A stretch of DNA of 64,000 nt from Pelagomonas calceolata (taxonomy: Eukaryota): NCBI GenBank assembly GCA_918797485.1, contig CAKKNE010000006.1:434001-498000 (forward strand), written 5' to 3'. The notes under the pieces are model-generated. The model saw only the letters and a program-made list of their open reading frames with translations, ran no database searches and had not been told where the DNA came from. A program made the position numbers and the translations under genes. How positions within the stretch are numbered: position 1 is the stretch's first letter; each line of letters begins with the position of its first letter. This document shows, piece after piece, positions 43,196 to 55,383 of this stretch.

Positions 43196-46100
43196 TTACC
43201 CCCCCAGCCGCCCAAGCAACCCCCGAGCTTGTTCCGCGACGGCCGCGTCGTCGAGCTTCTCCTCCGAAAGCATTTTCTGTAGAGCCGTCCGGATGGAAGC
43301 GGCGTGCGCCTGGATCGCCGGGTGGCCCTGGACGGCCAGGTCGATGAAGAACTGAGCACACGTAGAATTTTCCCCGGCGTCCTCCTGCAGAGGTAACCGA
43401 GGTAGCACGAGCCCGAGGACCTGGTCGACGGGCGCACTTTGAACATCCGCAGCACAAACGCGGAACATGGACGCCAGCGCGTTGTCCGAGGCCGCGGCGT
43501 CCTGGGCCTGGCGTTCCGCCTTTGAATTGTCCGCCCTTTGCACGAGTGGGAACAGCGCGTGCAACGCGCCCTGGAGATGAGGCTTCGCGTTCGCTGGGGC
43601 TCTTTCACACAGCGCTCCGAGGCCAAACGCCGCATTCCTCGCGACGTTCGCATGCTGATCTCCACAAGCCGACGCAAACAACGGTTGTAACGTGCCAAAA
43701 TGCCGGTCCGCGGCCAGCTCCGGCGGTAATTCCACACAGAGCTCGGCGAAGCAGCCCAGGGCCATGGCCCGATCACTCGCTGAGCGCGAAGGCTGCGCAT
43801 ACCGCGCGAACGCTCTAAACATGGCGTCCGTCGCCTCGGTGCCTAAGCGCGCACCGGCGACCTTCGCGACGCCGCCACACAGGTCCGCGACGTTGTCCAT
43901 CAGGACGTTATCATGGTCGTCGTCGTCGTCCTCGTCGTGGTCGTCGTCGTCCCCTAATAAAGTTTGGCAGGGCGCCTTGCCGTTCGCCAAGAGTATTAAT
44001 GCTTCTAGTAACTGTGGTAGTCTACTCATGAAGGAGGACGGCCCCGCGTCCTGTATCAATTCATTCAACGATTCACAAGCGACGGCAGCGACGCTCTTGG
44101 CCGTGTCCTCCGCTATGAGTCGTAGGAGTAGCCCGACGCAGTCCTGGACGTAAACCGCGAGCTGGGGAGGGAGCACCGGCTCGTCGGACCCTTTCGTCCA
44201 GTTTATTGCTTTGGGCTCCTTCTCGTCGTTCGGCGGCGCCGCATATGAGGGATCCCTTGCGGGTCCCCCGTGCGCGAGACACGCACCGTGCACGAGTTGC
44301 TGCAGGGCGATCGCCGCGCGTTCCCGAATCTCGTGATGGAAATAATCTACTAGCACCTTGAGGCACTGGAGAGCTGAGTCTAAATGAGGCGCGAATAAGC
44401 CCTCCGTGTACTCGGCGAGGTTACCTAAGGCAACAATGGACGCGCGCTTCACGTTCATCATCGCCGTCCGGACGGTCACGACGGCCTGGCCCGCGAGCGA
44501 ATCGTCGTCCGATTCCTCGCCCTCGTCGTCCTCCCATTGATCCCCGTCGTCGCCCTCATCTAAGAAGGCCGCATTGAAGCCGCCGCCCTCCTCGTCGTCG
44601 TCTTCCGCGAAATCGAACGACGCCGCGTCCTTCCTCGCGGCGACATCTAGGAGATGCGGCACGAGCTGCGGCAAAAGGGGTCCGAAATCGCTCCGCATGA
44701 CCTTGGCGCAGTTCGCGAAGAAGCCGTAGGAGTATTCGGCTAATTCGGTAGAATCTAATTCCAAGTTTGCGGCGGCTGCCCTTAAAGCCGTATCTCTATA
44801 CGGCGCAAATTTTCCATTCCCGACGGCTAATGCCACGTGGCCTAGCGCTTCTAGCGACCGGCCGCGCAGCTCCCAGGCCCGCTCTTCCCCGAGCTCGACC
44901 ATGGCGGCTAGTCGCGGCGCCGTGCCCTCCAAGTAAGGGCCGAACTTGTCCGACGCCGCGACGGCCGCGGAACCGACCGCCGCGGCCGCCATCTCCCGGA
45001 TCCCTAACAAGCGATGGTCCAACAGAGGCACGAGTCTACACATGAGCGGTTCCAACAAGGGCTGCAACTGGTCCGAGTCCATGCTCTCGCAAAAAGTTTC
45101 CAGCACATAACAAGCAGTCCCAACAACAGCGGCCCGCTGGTCGTTCAGGAACTCGAAGACGACCGGAATCACGGCGTTGGAATGGCCGATGATCTCGGGC
45201 TGGCAGTGCTCGGCTAATTGGCCGTAGGCGAAGCAGAGGCACTCTCTGGTAGGCGCGTCCGTCGCTTTTTGAGCAGCTTGGGCCAACTTCGCCAACACGC
45301 TACCAAGGTGGTGCTCCCGGAGCGGGTCCTGGAACCCCTCCGCCACGACGCCCACCGCCGCAGCGCCCGCCCGCCGCGTACTGTCGTCTGGCGCGTCAAG
45401 GCATTGGAAAGCCAAACCCAGTGACGGCTCGAGGGACCACTTGTGGGGCACGTGCAAAGCGATCTGATCTAGAGTAGTTTGAGCTAACTCTTGGGACGAA
45501 GGGCCTTCATACGCCTCGTCGTCGCTATCGTCATCGTCGCCACCGACGAGCCCTTGGGCGACCCTAGCTGCCTGCGCTAGTGCTTTCTCCTCCTGTCTCA
45601 GGCGCTGCAAAGGTGTGGAGACGAACAACGCCCCGGCACCCCCGCCGGACTTGGCCGAAGCATCCGCCCTAACCATGATCTCGCAGCACGCATGAACCAC
45701 TGGTGTCACCAGATTAGCTTTTCCTAACAGCTTGGGCTTCCACTCGGCGATGCAGCCCACCACACTGGCGGCGCCGTCCCTTGTGGTTCGTTCGAGGTCA
45801 TCATCTGAGGCTTTCATCACCTCCAGCGACAGAGACACGACGGTCGTAATGTGCGGGGTTAACACGGGCACCGGCGTCTGCGCTAACTCGCTGAAACAGT
45901 CGAAGAACTGCCTCAGGACGTTGTCGTCCTTGGCTAAAGCGGCTTGGCGTGCTACGGCCACCATCGGAGGCACGAGGTCTCGGAAGAGGAGCGCCTCGTC
46001 GTCCGTCGAGAGGGTCTGCACAAATGCACAGCACGCTCTCAGAGCGGCGACGGCGACCGGTCGTTCCTGGTCTTGCAAGGCAGTTTGGAACAAACCCGCT

Positions 46101-46600
46101 AGTCTTGGCAGTTCCGGGGCTAGCGCGGTTGCTACGGTTTCCGACAGCTGCACCAGCAAGATGTACGCCAGCTCCCGATGGTTCCAGTCCGCATGCGTGG
46201 CGCACTGCGAGATGAACTGGAGGAGCTCGGGCCACTTGTTGGAAGGGAGTAATATCTTAGCAAGAGCAGACGCTAAGGCAGCAACGGACTTCCGAACAGC
46301 CCTTTCCGGCTCCGACGCCAATCTTTCAAGCAATAGACCTTTGGTCCTTTCACGAGCGTTCTTCTTGACCTTCTTCCAGAGCTTGCCGATTTTTTTGCGT
46401 AAAATTACCGCTGCGATCTGGCGGACGGCCGGATTCTCGGAACGCGACACCTGCGTCGTCAATAGCCCCACAGATTCAGGTCGTTTCAGCACCGGCTTCA
46501 GGGCGTCCTCGGCCTGCTTGATGCGCGTCGTGTCCGGCGCGGTTAAAGCTGCTAGTATCTCGCCGAGCTGCTGGTCGTTCTGTCCCAGAGCTACCGCCAT
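43196..46600 (-). CDS. IPO4: importin-4 / Kap123 (karyopherin beta, HEAT repeats)
   Basis: APDTTRIKQAE..VRQIAAVILRKKI..W IBN_N domain; WPELLQFI; ELAEYSYGFF; acidic loop; ASDRAMALGCFAE; RNAAFGLG. Confidence 0.85.
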   Translation of the reverse strand: MAVALGQNDQQLGEILAALTAPDTTRIKQAEDALKPVLKRPESVGLLTTQVSRSENPAVRQIAAVILRKKIGKLWKKVKKNARERTKGLLLERLASEPERAVRKSVAALASALAKILLPSNKWPELLQFISQCATHADWNHRELAYILLVQLSETVATALAPELPRLAGLFQTALQDQERPVAVAALRACCAFVQTLSTDDEALLFRDLVPPMVAVARQAALAKDDNVLRQFFDCFSELAQTPVPVLTPHITTVVSLSLEVMKASDDDLERTTRDGAASVVGCIAEWKPKLLGKANLVTPVVHACCEIMVRADASAKSGGGAGALFVSTPLQRLRQEEKALAQAARVAQGLVGGDDDDSDDEAYEGPSSQELAQTTLDQIALHVPHKWSLEPSLGLAFQCLDAPDDSTRRAGAAAVGVVAEGFQDPLREHHLGSVLAKLAQAAQKATDAPTRECLCFAYGQLAEHCQPEIIGHSNAVIPVVFEFLNDQRAAVVGTACYVLETFCESMDSDQLQPLLEPLMCRLVPLLDHRLLGIREMAAAAVGSAAVAASDKFGPYLEGTAPRLAAMVELGEERAWELRGRSLEALGHVALAVGNGKFAPYRDTALRAAAANLELDSTELAEYSYGFFANCAKVMRSDFGPLLPQLVPHLLDVAARKDAASFDFAEDDDEEGGGFNAAFLDEGDDGDQWEDDEGEESDDDSLAGQAVVTVRTAMMNVKRASIVALGNLAEYTEGLFAPHLDSALQCLKVLVDYFHHEIRERAAIALQQLVHGACLAHGGPARDPSYAAPPNDEKEPKAINWTKGSDEPVLPPQLAVYVQDCVGLLLRLIAEDTAKSVAAVACESLNELIQDAGPSSFMSRLPQLLEALILLANGKAPCQTLLGDDDDHDEDDDDDHDNVLMDNVADLCGGVAKVAGARLGTEATDAMFRAFARYAQPSRSASDRAMALGCFAELCVELPPELAADRHFGTLQPLFASACGDQHANVARNAAFGLGALCERAPANAKPHLQGALHALFPLVQRADNSKAERQAQDAAASDNALASMFRVCAADVQSAPVDQVLGLVLPRLPLQEDAGENSTCAQFFIDLAVQGHPAIQAHAASIRTALQKMLSEEKLDDAAVAEQARGLLGRLGG

Positions 46601-47196
46601 GACGCGTTTCGGTATCGCACCACTGGCAGCGACTTTCTTGCGTCTCGCCGGCTCGCGGCGTCGCCTGTCCTCCCGGAGAGTGGAGGTGCTGCTATTATCG
46701 CTTTAGCTTTGCTCTGCCGTGAGCGCAAGCTATTGATCGCGATTCGTGCACCACGCCTTATTGCAGCACAAATGCGCCTTCTTGCAGCAACCACACTTTC
46801 AGTGTCCTCGCAGACGCTGCTATGGCGATGCCTGCCTTGGCTGCTTTGTGACTGAAAATGCAGTGAAAAAATAAGGCAAACACTCGTCGAGAACGCGTCC
46901 ACGAGCTCTAGACAACACACGAATCCCTCGCAGCGGGCCTGCGCCGGGGTTCGGGTTCGTGCACCAGCTGATCAACAGACAGACTTGCCCATTCGGTGCT
47001 GCCCGCGTCGTCGTGGACCAACGACCGTCCACGGGTCGCGTTCGACGCAAGTGCTGCCTGCCGCACGCGCACGCGCCGCAAGCACGCTGCCTCGGGCCGC
47101 GCTGGTGGTGAAAGGGCTGCCCCAGCTCCAACGATACCGGACGCGCACGCTGCCTCGAGCTACCGAAGGTACAGCAAGGTGCCAGCCCGTAGAACA

Positions 47197-50100
47197 ATGG
47201 CAGCAACCCCATCAGTAATAAGAACGGCAGACGAGACGGACCAATCGATCCAGGACGCACCGAAAACAGTACGACTCCTCATCCAGTCGTATGAACCAAC
47301 GCGCAGAAGCACTACTGAGGGACGGGGCAAACCGTACGTTAGAGCTCACGTTCGTGGCACCGAGGGCTTCCAGAAGACGCGCGGCGCGTCCCGAGATGCC
47401 GATGGAACAGCTAGGTGGTTCGAGGCCCAGGAGCTCGAGCTGGACATCAGCACTGGAAGGATCGTGAAGTTGTCATTTGTCGACGAGGCTGGAAGGTCCA
47501 CGGAAGGAGAGATAGCCCTGGGACCGCTACTACAGGAGTTCGTCCAATCACCCTGCGGTGTGGTCCGGCGGTGCGTCACGTGCGTCGATCCCTTGGATGA
47601 ACTGGAGGCGCTGGCGGACAACGAGGACGTGCGGTATGCTTCCAGTTCTGGTGTTTTGCGCTTCGGCGTCGTTTTTCTGACTGATGATAAGCCGCAAGCG
47701 CCACCGCCTCCACGAGTCAAAGCGCGCGTGAGGATCCGCTTCGAAGCCGGTGACGCCGTGGTCAAGGCAGCGTTGTGTGCGTCGGGCAAAGTGGTCGAGT
47801 GCTCCCTAACAGAAGCGAGGACCGTGGTCTTACGGTCCAGCCACGCGGAGATTGATGTACTATGTATATCGACATCAGAAGGTTCCCTCAGAGTGCCCCT
47901 CGGGCTCTTACCAGATGGTAAGTATCCGACGGAAACGTGGTCCGTCGGTAGTGATGTGCAGCTGAGTTTACGCGTGGAGCGCGCGTCCGAGGAACGGCCC
48001 GCCACGCCCGCGTCGCCGGGCGTACCGGTAGAACAAAAGCCGAAGCCTACCCAAAGGCGCGTCATCGCCACGGCCGCCAAACGCATCGAGCGGACCGTCC
48101 CCATCCGCTGCTCGTTGGTCGGCGTGCAAGAAGATCATGAATTGGTGGACTGCGACCGCTGGCGGCTCATCGCGACGATCGACGGGAAGGGGCCTCGCCG
48201 CGTCGACGGCGCGTCGCTCGTCTTCGACGCCAAAAGGCACTCATTTTTGGACGTCGCTTTAGGACGAACGACGACGCATTCCTCGTTCGTCGGTGATGGT
48301 TCCACCCAAATCCACGCTCCTGCCATATCGTTGGATGCTTTAGTCCAGATTGGTGGGGAATGTGTCGTGTGGCTGCCTTTGATGGAGTCGCACGCGGAGC
48401 TCGGCCTGAAGCCCCAAATAGGCGTGCGCATACGCGTCAACGGCCCTCGGTCGTTCAAGCGGCGGCCGTTCCGAGGATGGGTGCATTGCGTGGCCATTTG
48501 CCAACAAGGGCCCGTGTCATTAGCTCTCGAAGGATCAACAGAGGAGATGCCGCCCTGGCCCGACGCGGAGAACGGGGTGGTGCTACCTTTACGGGTCGCG
48601 AATTCGAGCGACGCGGCGACGGTCTCACTGGAAGTATCGTTAGGGGACGCCGTGGGTTCTCTGCCGCTCACGACGTCGATCCTAGACGGCGGCGACGTCG
48701 CGTCGGCGACTCTCGACTTGTTAAGGGATGAAGAGTGTGTCTCGACGGCGCGCGTGACCGTGCAGGCGCTGCCGGGCGAAACACTACTATCTAGAAAGCT
48801 CGCCACGCAAGAACAAACACAAGTGGATCCGCGGCGACTCTCGGTCAAAGTCAAAGGCGCCCGGTTCCTGGAGCACCCTAGGTGTCGAGGTAGAATAGAA
48901 GCCTACGTCAAGCTAGCTTTGCTATGTGGCGACGATGAGACACAGGCAAGAGGCTCGGTAGCTACCAGAGGCACGGACACGCACCCCCAGTGGGACGAAG
49001 ATGTACTGTTGAGCTTACCTAGAGCTTTATCCTTGCTGCTAGATGCGCCGGATTTGCGGAACATGGAGCCGCCTTCACTCACTTTGACAGTTGTGGCGTC
49101 GACGATGCCGTCACATGATGACAATATAGGCCACGCTTCTCTCAGAGTGCCGTGGCCGACGTTTACGTCCAGTGAAGAACAGGCTACTTTAGAATTGCGC
49201 GACCAGGCGGGCGCCTTCCGCGGCGAGGTCGACGTATGTATCACAATGGCAACAGAAAAAACGTCGACGCCGTCGATGCTCTTCCTCGCCACGTCCTGTA
49301 AGGCGCCTTTGTCGTTAGAGTCGAGCGGCCGCACGTGCGCCTCCACGAACGCGTTGTGGCCCTTGACGGGTCGAGACGACGACGCGTTAGTTGTGGAGCG
49401 TATCGATGGCGCGGGTCTCGCCGACTTGAGCGACCTCGCGCTGCGAGCGTTGGCGCATCCGGGTACGGTCGAGACCTGCGAGGATACATTAGGAAGGGGC
49501 CACCAGGCCTCGCATGTACAATGCGAGGCTTGTGTGCTGAGACCGGCAACTGGGTCGTTGGAAGTCGTCGTGGAAGCTTTGGACCTCGACGAGCAGGCCT
49601 GCGAGCGGGCCGCGAGACTGACGGACGGCGAGGCCGACGCGCCCTCGCTACCGTCGCGGACGTTTTGTAGGGTATCGGTCAAAGGTTCATTAGGACACGG
49701 TGCTCATACACGAAGTACTACATCATTGGTGGGCAAGGCGGCCTTCGGAGGACCCCATGCGGAGAAGCTTTCACTGGAAATCGACGCTTCTCGACTGATT
49801 GATCCGCTGTTTGTGGCGCCTTCATTGGAAATAGCTGTCTTAGATGAACGAGGTGGATGGAGGAATAGGGTAGCGAAGGGTTCGGTGGCCTTGGCGCCGT
49901 TGATTGCTTTGTCTACAGAACGCAGTAAAGAAACGCGAGGCCTCGTCCTTGCACTCGAAGACCCGGTCACTGGTGCTCAAAGAGGCTCGTGTACCCTATC
50001 CTGCGCCTTCAAGGCCGTCGCCATCGCAAGTGTTGGAGCACCGACACCCTCGCAGTGCGCCTCCGCGGCTCTGCTCAAAAAAGTGTTTTTCGATTGTGAC

Positions 50101-53100
50101 GGCGGGCCGTCCCATCCGGTCCCACGTTCCGTGTTACTGGCTTCCTTGGATAGTAACGATGCGCCGTGGGCGTCGATCTTGGATCTCGTGCAAGCTACGT
50201 CAGAAGTAACGTGGGATGTGTGGCGCGATGTCGTCTCCACAGTAAGTACGCGGGCGGACCTACTCGCTGCCATCGCGACCTCATCTCAGAAGAGGACCGT
50301 GAAGCGGAAACGGGGCGGCGGCCCCGGCGTTGTGTTTTCATTGGCCTTTTCTGCTGCTTCCCAGATCGCTCTCAAAACTGATGCTGCAGAGAAATGTATA
50401 GTGCGAGGCGCCGAATTATTGTTAAGGGGTGTCGACGGCCGAGTCGTGTCCGTCGTTGGAAGTTCGTGCGCCGTGTCTATTGGTAGAGCCGGTTTTGATG
50501 GAGATGGGGTGAAGAAGGTATTGAGTGAGGTCGACGGTGAGGCGCCGCTCGGGGCTGCCGTTTTGAGGACGCTCGGCCCTTGTACGCTGTCAAATGTGAA
50601 GATAGGAGCTGGAGCCGATAAGATAAGGAGTACCACTACTCAAAAAAGGGCGTGGGACCCCACTCTGACGCAGGACAGTGTGCGAGACGACGCGAAAACA
50701 AGGGCGGCCATTGCTGTTGCTAGGGATGCTCGTAGAGCATTACGACGAGAAAAGAAGGTGCTGGAGGCCGTGGTTTGTGCGGGTGGCGGTAAGAGGGCCG
50801 CCGCGGCGCTATTGCTGGCTGCGACCGAGACGGTGCGGACGCCGACGCCCAAAAAGGGGAGGACGCCGCGGTCGTCTATTCGCAGAACGCCGCCGTCCTC
50901 GAGAAGGCGGTCGCATGACGACGCCCTCTCGCCCTCGAGCGTCTGGGCGGCCCACGCGCGCGAGGGCGCGGCGATGGAGCGCGAGTCGCTCGTGAACGAG
51001 GCTGAAGCTTTAAAGGCCCAGGCCGAGACAAGTGCTGAGTTAGCTGACGGGTTCAGGAGGGCGGCAAAACGCGCCGCCGACGACCTGGAGGACGCGAGAA
51101 GGCGCGACGCCGAGGCCGAAGCTCGACTACGGGCCGCGGAGAAAGCTCGTAGAGCCGCGTCGGCCGCGCTGGAAAGGAGGGATGCGGAATTACGGGAAGT
51201 CCGCGCGAAGAAGCGCGCCGACGCGAAACGGGAGGTGTTTCGGCGCGACTACGCGGCGAAGGCGGCTTTGCGCGTCGAGGAGGCGGCGAAGGAGCAGGAT
51301 AGCGCGGCGCGCGTGTTCCAACGGAGGGCGCGGCCCTTCCTGGCGAAGAAGCTTGTTGAAAGGGAACGGGAGGAGGTCGTGGAGAGGAAGAAGGCCGCGT
51401 CTACTTTAGTGAAACGGCGGCGGGAGGTCATCGGGCAGCGCCAGGAGAAGAAGGCGGCGACGTGCGTCCAGAAGACTTATAGAGGTCTCACGGCGCGGCG
51501 CGCGGTGAAGCGGCCCGTTCCTGTTGTCGCTGCGCCGGTGCCCGCCTGTGTGGAAATCAACCAGTGAGTTAGGTTGCGAGAGACCTCCGTCAACCTTTAC
51601 GCCATCGAGCAGACGCGGTGACAGGGATATCATTGCGTCGTCGGCGTGGGGCGCCTGAATTTGATTTCCACACAGGTGCCAGCGCCGACACCCGCCCCGG
51701 AGCCGAAGTCGCCGTCCGCGGCGCAACGCTCAGCGAAGAAGCCCACCGTCGTCGCTGCCCCGGCGCCCGCGCCGGCGCCGACCGCGCCGAAGCCGGTACC
51801 GGTCAAGTCGCCGCCCGCGGCGCGTCCAGCTTCGCCGGACCCCATTGTGCTGCGGGAGAACGAGCGACGGGCCGCGGCGCGGCGGGCGACGCGCGCCGAG
51901 GACATCCTGCGCAAGCGGCGCGCGGAATTACAAAGGGAGGCGGAGCTGCGCGCCGAGAAAGCCGCCGACGATAGGAGGCGGCGCGCGTACCTCAGCGGGG
52001 CCTCTTGTCTGTACCGTGGCGTGGAGCGTGTGGTGCTGCGGCGTTGTCGTGAATTCTTCGTGAGCTGGCGGCGGGGCGGTAGGGCGCCCACCGTACGGCG
52101 ACGGCGCACGCGTCGTAAGGGCGACGACCGCGAAGCTTACCGCCGCGCCGAGGCGAACCGGGATCTCGAGGCGGAACGCTCATCAGCGCTCGAGCGTGCT
52201 GAGATCGCGCGGGCCCGGGCGGACGCCGAGGAGGCGCGACTGCGGCTTGCGCGCAGAGAGGCCGATGCTGCAGACGCGAGGCTTCGGGAGCTGGAGCGAC
52301 GGAGGCACGAAATGGTGCGGGCGTCGCAACGGGCGTCCCCGCCGACGACGCCGCGCCGCGACGCTCCAGCTAGGCCCGGCCTGAGCCAACTCGTGACCCG
52401 GCCCGAGCCTTCTCCAGAAAAACCTGCCGAGGACGACTCGTTCCCGTCCTTTCACAAGGAGCCGACGCCCCGGGACCCTACGCCCCGACGCGCTGTCGCG
52501 CCGTCGCCGCGTGTCGAGCCAGATCCGGTCGTTCCGTCGCCGCGCGTCGACGAGCCATCAGTGGCCCACCTCGAGCACACGCCCGAGCCGACGCCGCGGC
52601 AGTGGCCGCCCTTCGGGCAGGCCCTGATCGGCGCACATGTCAAAATTAATGTCAAGGGCGTCTGGCTACGTGGCGAGATCACGGACGTGGCCGCCGCGAT
52701 GCCAGAGTTGGAAGGCGGCAACGGCGTCTGTATTCATGTGAACGACGCGGGCGAGGACGAGTGGCATGAGTACGGGAGCGACGAGGTCCGTATACTAACG
52801 GACGAGGAAATATATGTTCATCCGCGGCCGCCCTTCGGGGAAGAGCTTGTCGGAAACTTCGTCCAGGTCCACGTGGCGGGCGCGTGGCTCAACGCGGTGA
52901 TTACGGAGGTCGACGCGGACCACAATGGCCATGAAGAAATCTGCATCCAATACGCGCAATATAAATCGGCGGATCCGGAGTGGCATCTCTACGACAGCGA
53001 GGACATCATCTACCGCGATGACCCTACGACACCAGGAGCGAGTCACATGAGTCGCGCAACGCCCGAAAATGATCCTGAGTCGCCGCGGGTCATCGACGCG

Positions 53101-53409
53101 ACGCCCCAGCGAGTGCCTGCCGAGGCGCCGAATGTCATCTCGGAGTGGAAAAAAACCGATCGAGCATGGCCTCCCTTCTCAGAAGACCTCGTGGGCTCCT
53201 CGGTAAAGGTCCTCGTCGACGGGGCGTCGCTGGCGGCCGAAATTATTGAAGTCGCGGAGGCCATGGCCGAGCTGGACGGCCTCAACGGCGTCTGCATCCG
53301 CTTCCGCGACGACGAGCACGCCGACGAGGAGTGGCACGAGTACGGGACCGAGGACATCCTCTTCGTGCGCGAGGAGCCGGTGGCGAGCCCGGGGAGTTTC
53401 TTCCGGTAA
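47197..53409 (+). CDS. multi-C2-domain, coiled-coil, IQ protein with three C-terminal Tudor-like repeats; exons 47197-51537 and 51676-53409 (~2024 aa)
   Basis: C2-like RLSVKVKGARFL..EAYVKL..HPQWDE; IQ AATCVQKTYRG; two ORFs joined in frame by the introner. Confidence 0.7.
51538..51675 (+). mobile_element. introner intron (138 nt, phase 0), perfect 15-bp TIR
   Basis: GTGCCCGC|CTGTGTGGAAATCAACCAGTGAGTTAGG...TTGATTTCCACACAG|GTGCCAGC; TSD 7/8. Confidence 0.92.
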
Positions 53410-53698
53410 GAGAATGTCTGATATGATACTCCCCTAGACCCGAATATTTGCGCTATTTGCGGCGATACTTTTAGGCACTTTAGGCAAATACGCGGTCACT
53501 GCGAGTCTATAATAGACGTGCATTGCCACAGAGCACCAACTTCTTATCCCAACTCGCATCCCTGCTCGATCTGCAGTCCTGCACGCGTTAGCGCGTAAAC
53601 AAGGGCTGACCGTGCGCTACAGCAACCACAGCAAATTGCGTCGCAGCGTGCCAAAGGACACATTCCACGCCGCCACCAGCAAGCTAGAAGTGCGCACC

Positions 53699-55331
53699 AT
53701 GGGCTCGAAAAAGCTCATCGCGAAACTCACGACAAAACTCGGCCGCGCGCCCACGGCCGACGAAGTGGCCAAGGCCAAAGCCAAGAAGGAGAAGAAAAAG
53801 GCGAAGCGCGCTGCTGCCGACGACACGCCGCCGCCCAGCAAGAAGGCCAAGACCAACGGCAAAGCGGGGAAGACGGACACCGCTGCCTGGCGCAAGACTC
53901 ATGACGTCAAAGTCGAGCCCGACGACGGCTCCTTCGCGCCGCAGGGCACGTGGCGCGAGGCGCGCAGCAGCGTGGCCGAGCCGCTCGTGGCCCAGTGCGA
54001 GGGCAAGGGCTGGGCGAGTCCCACGCCCGTGCAGGCGCAGTGCTGGCCGGTCCTGAGCCAGGGGAGAGATGTAGTGGCCGTGGCCGAGACGGGCTCGGGG
54101 AAAACCCTAGCTTTTGGCCTGCCAGCGCTGTCGAAATTCGCCGCCGACGACGCAAAGGCACCCCGCAAAAACCGGCAGCCCGCGATGCTCGTGCTGGCGC
54201 CGACGCGCGAGCTCGCCTGCCAGTCCTACGAAGTCTTAGATGAGTTCTGCAAGATCGTCGGCGCGCGCTGCGCCGTGGCCTATGGGGGCGCGCCGCGCCA
54301 CGAACAGCAGAGAACGCTCAAGAACTGCGCGGCGCTCGTCGCGACCCCGGGCCGCCTCAAGGACTTCATCGACGACGGAAGCTTGGACCAGTGCACAAAT
54401 CAAATTTCGCGGCGCTTCTCCGCTCACGGCTGAATCCGCCATCGACTCACTGGTTGATTTGCGCACAGGTGTGGACCTCTCGAAGGTGCGGTTTTTGTGT
54501 TTTGACGAAGCTGATAGGATGTTGGACATGGGGTTCATAGATGCTGTGAGAGCTATAGCCGGCGCATGCTCATTGCCCAACAAGCTCGTGTGCATGTTTT
54601 CCGCGACCTGGCCCCCGGACGTGCGCAAGGTCGCCGACGACTTCCTAAGCGCGGACCACGTCCGCTGCGTCGTCGGCGCCAAGCGTCTAGAATCCTCGGG
54701 CCCAGAAGCGAACCGCCGCGTGGCGCAGACGGTCGTCGTCTGCGAGCAGCGGGCCCGCGACGGGAAATTGATCGAGCTCCTACGCAAAAGGTACCCTCAG
54801 GGAGGTGCCAGTTCGCACTACTCACGGTCTAGGCTCATCGTCTTCGGGCTCTACAAGAAGGAGTGCGCCAGACTCGAATCGGACCTCAATCGAAAGGGCT
54901 GGCGGTGTGTTGCCATACACGGCGACATGAGCCAAGCGGCACGAACCAAAGCTTTCGATGATTTCAGAGGGGGCAAGGTACCGCTCCTGGTCGCGACGGA
55001 CGTCGCCGCTCGAGGCCTAGATATCCCCGACGTTGAACTAGTGGTGAACTACTCGTTCCCGCTGACGATCGAGGACTACGTGCACCGTGTCGGGCGGACC
55101 GGCCGGGCGGGCAAGAGCGGCGCGGCGCACACGTTCTTCCACGGTGATGGCCATGAGAAGGCGCTCGCAGGGGCATTGCAAAATGTGCTTCGTGCCGCGG
55201 GCGCCACGGTGCCACCCGAGCTCCTAAAGTTCGGTTCCACGGTCAAGAAGAAGGAAGACAAGAACTACGGAGCCTTCGGGCCGCGCGCGGACCTCGCCGG
55301 CAAAAAGGCGACGAAGATCGTATTCGACTAA
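53699..55331 (+). CDS. DBP3: DEAD-box RNA helicase, Dbp3/RH5 type; exons 53699-54380 and 54469-55331 (~514 aa)
   Basis: AETGSGKT, PTRELA, TPGRL, DEAD, SATWP, ARGLDIP, HRVGRTGRAG; Dbp3-type VFGLYKKE and KKKE..YGAF..KKATKIVFD. Confidence 0.9.
54381..54468 (+). mobile_element. introner intron, GC-AG (88 nt, phase 1), variant TIR
   Basis: GCTTGGAC|CAGTGCACAAATCAAATTT...GACTCACTGGTTGATTTGCGCACAG|GTGTGGAC; TSD 6/8; restores DDGSVDLSKV. Confidence 0.88.
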
Positions 55332-55383
55332 GAAAAGCTACTACTACTAGTAATCCCGAAAAAGAAAACTCGGATAGATACGA

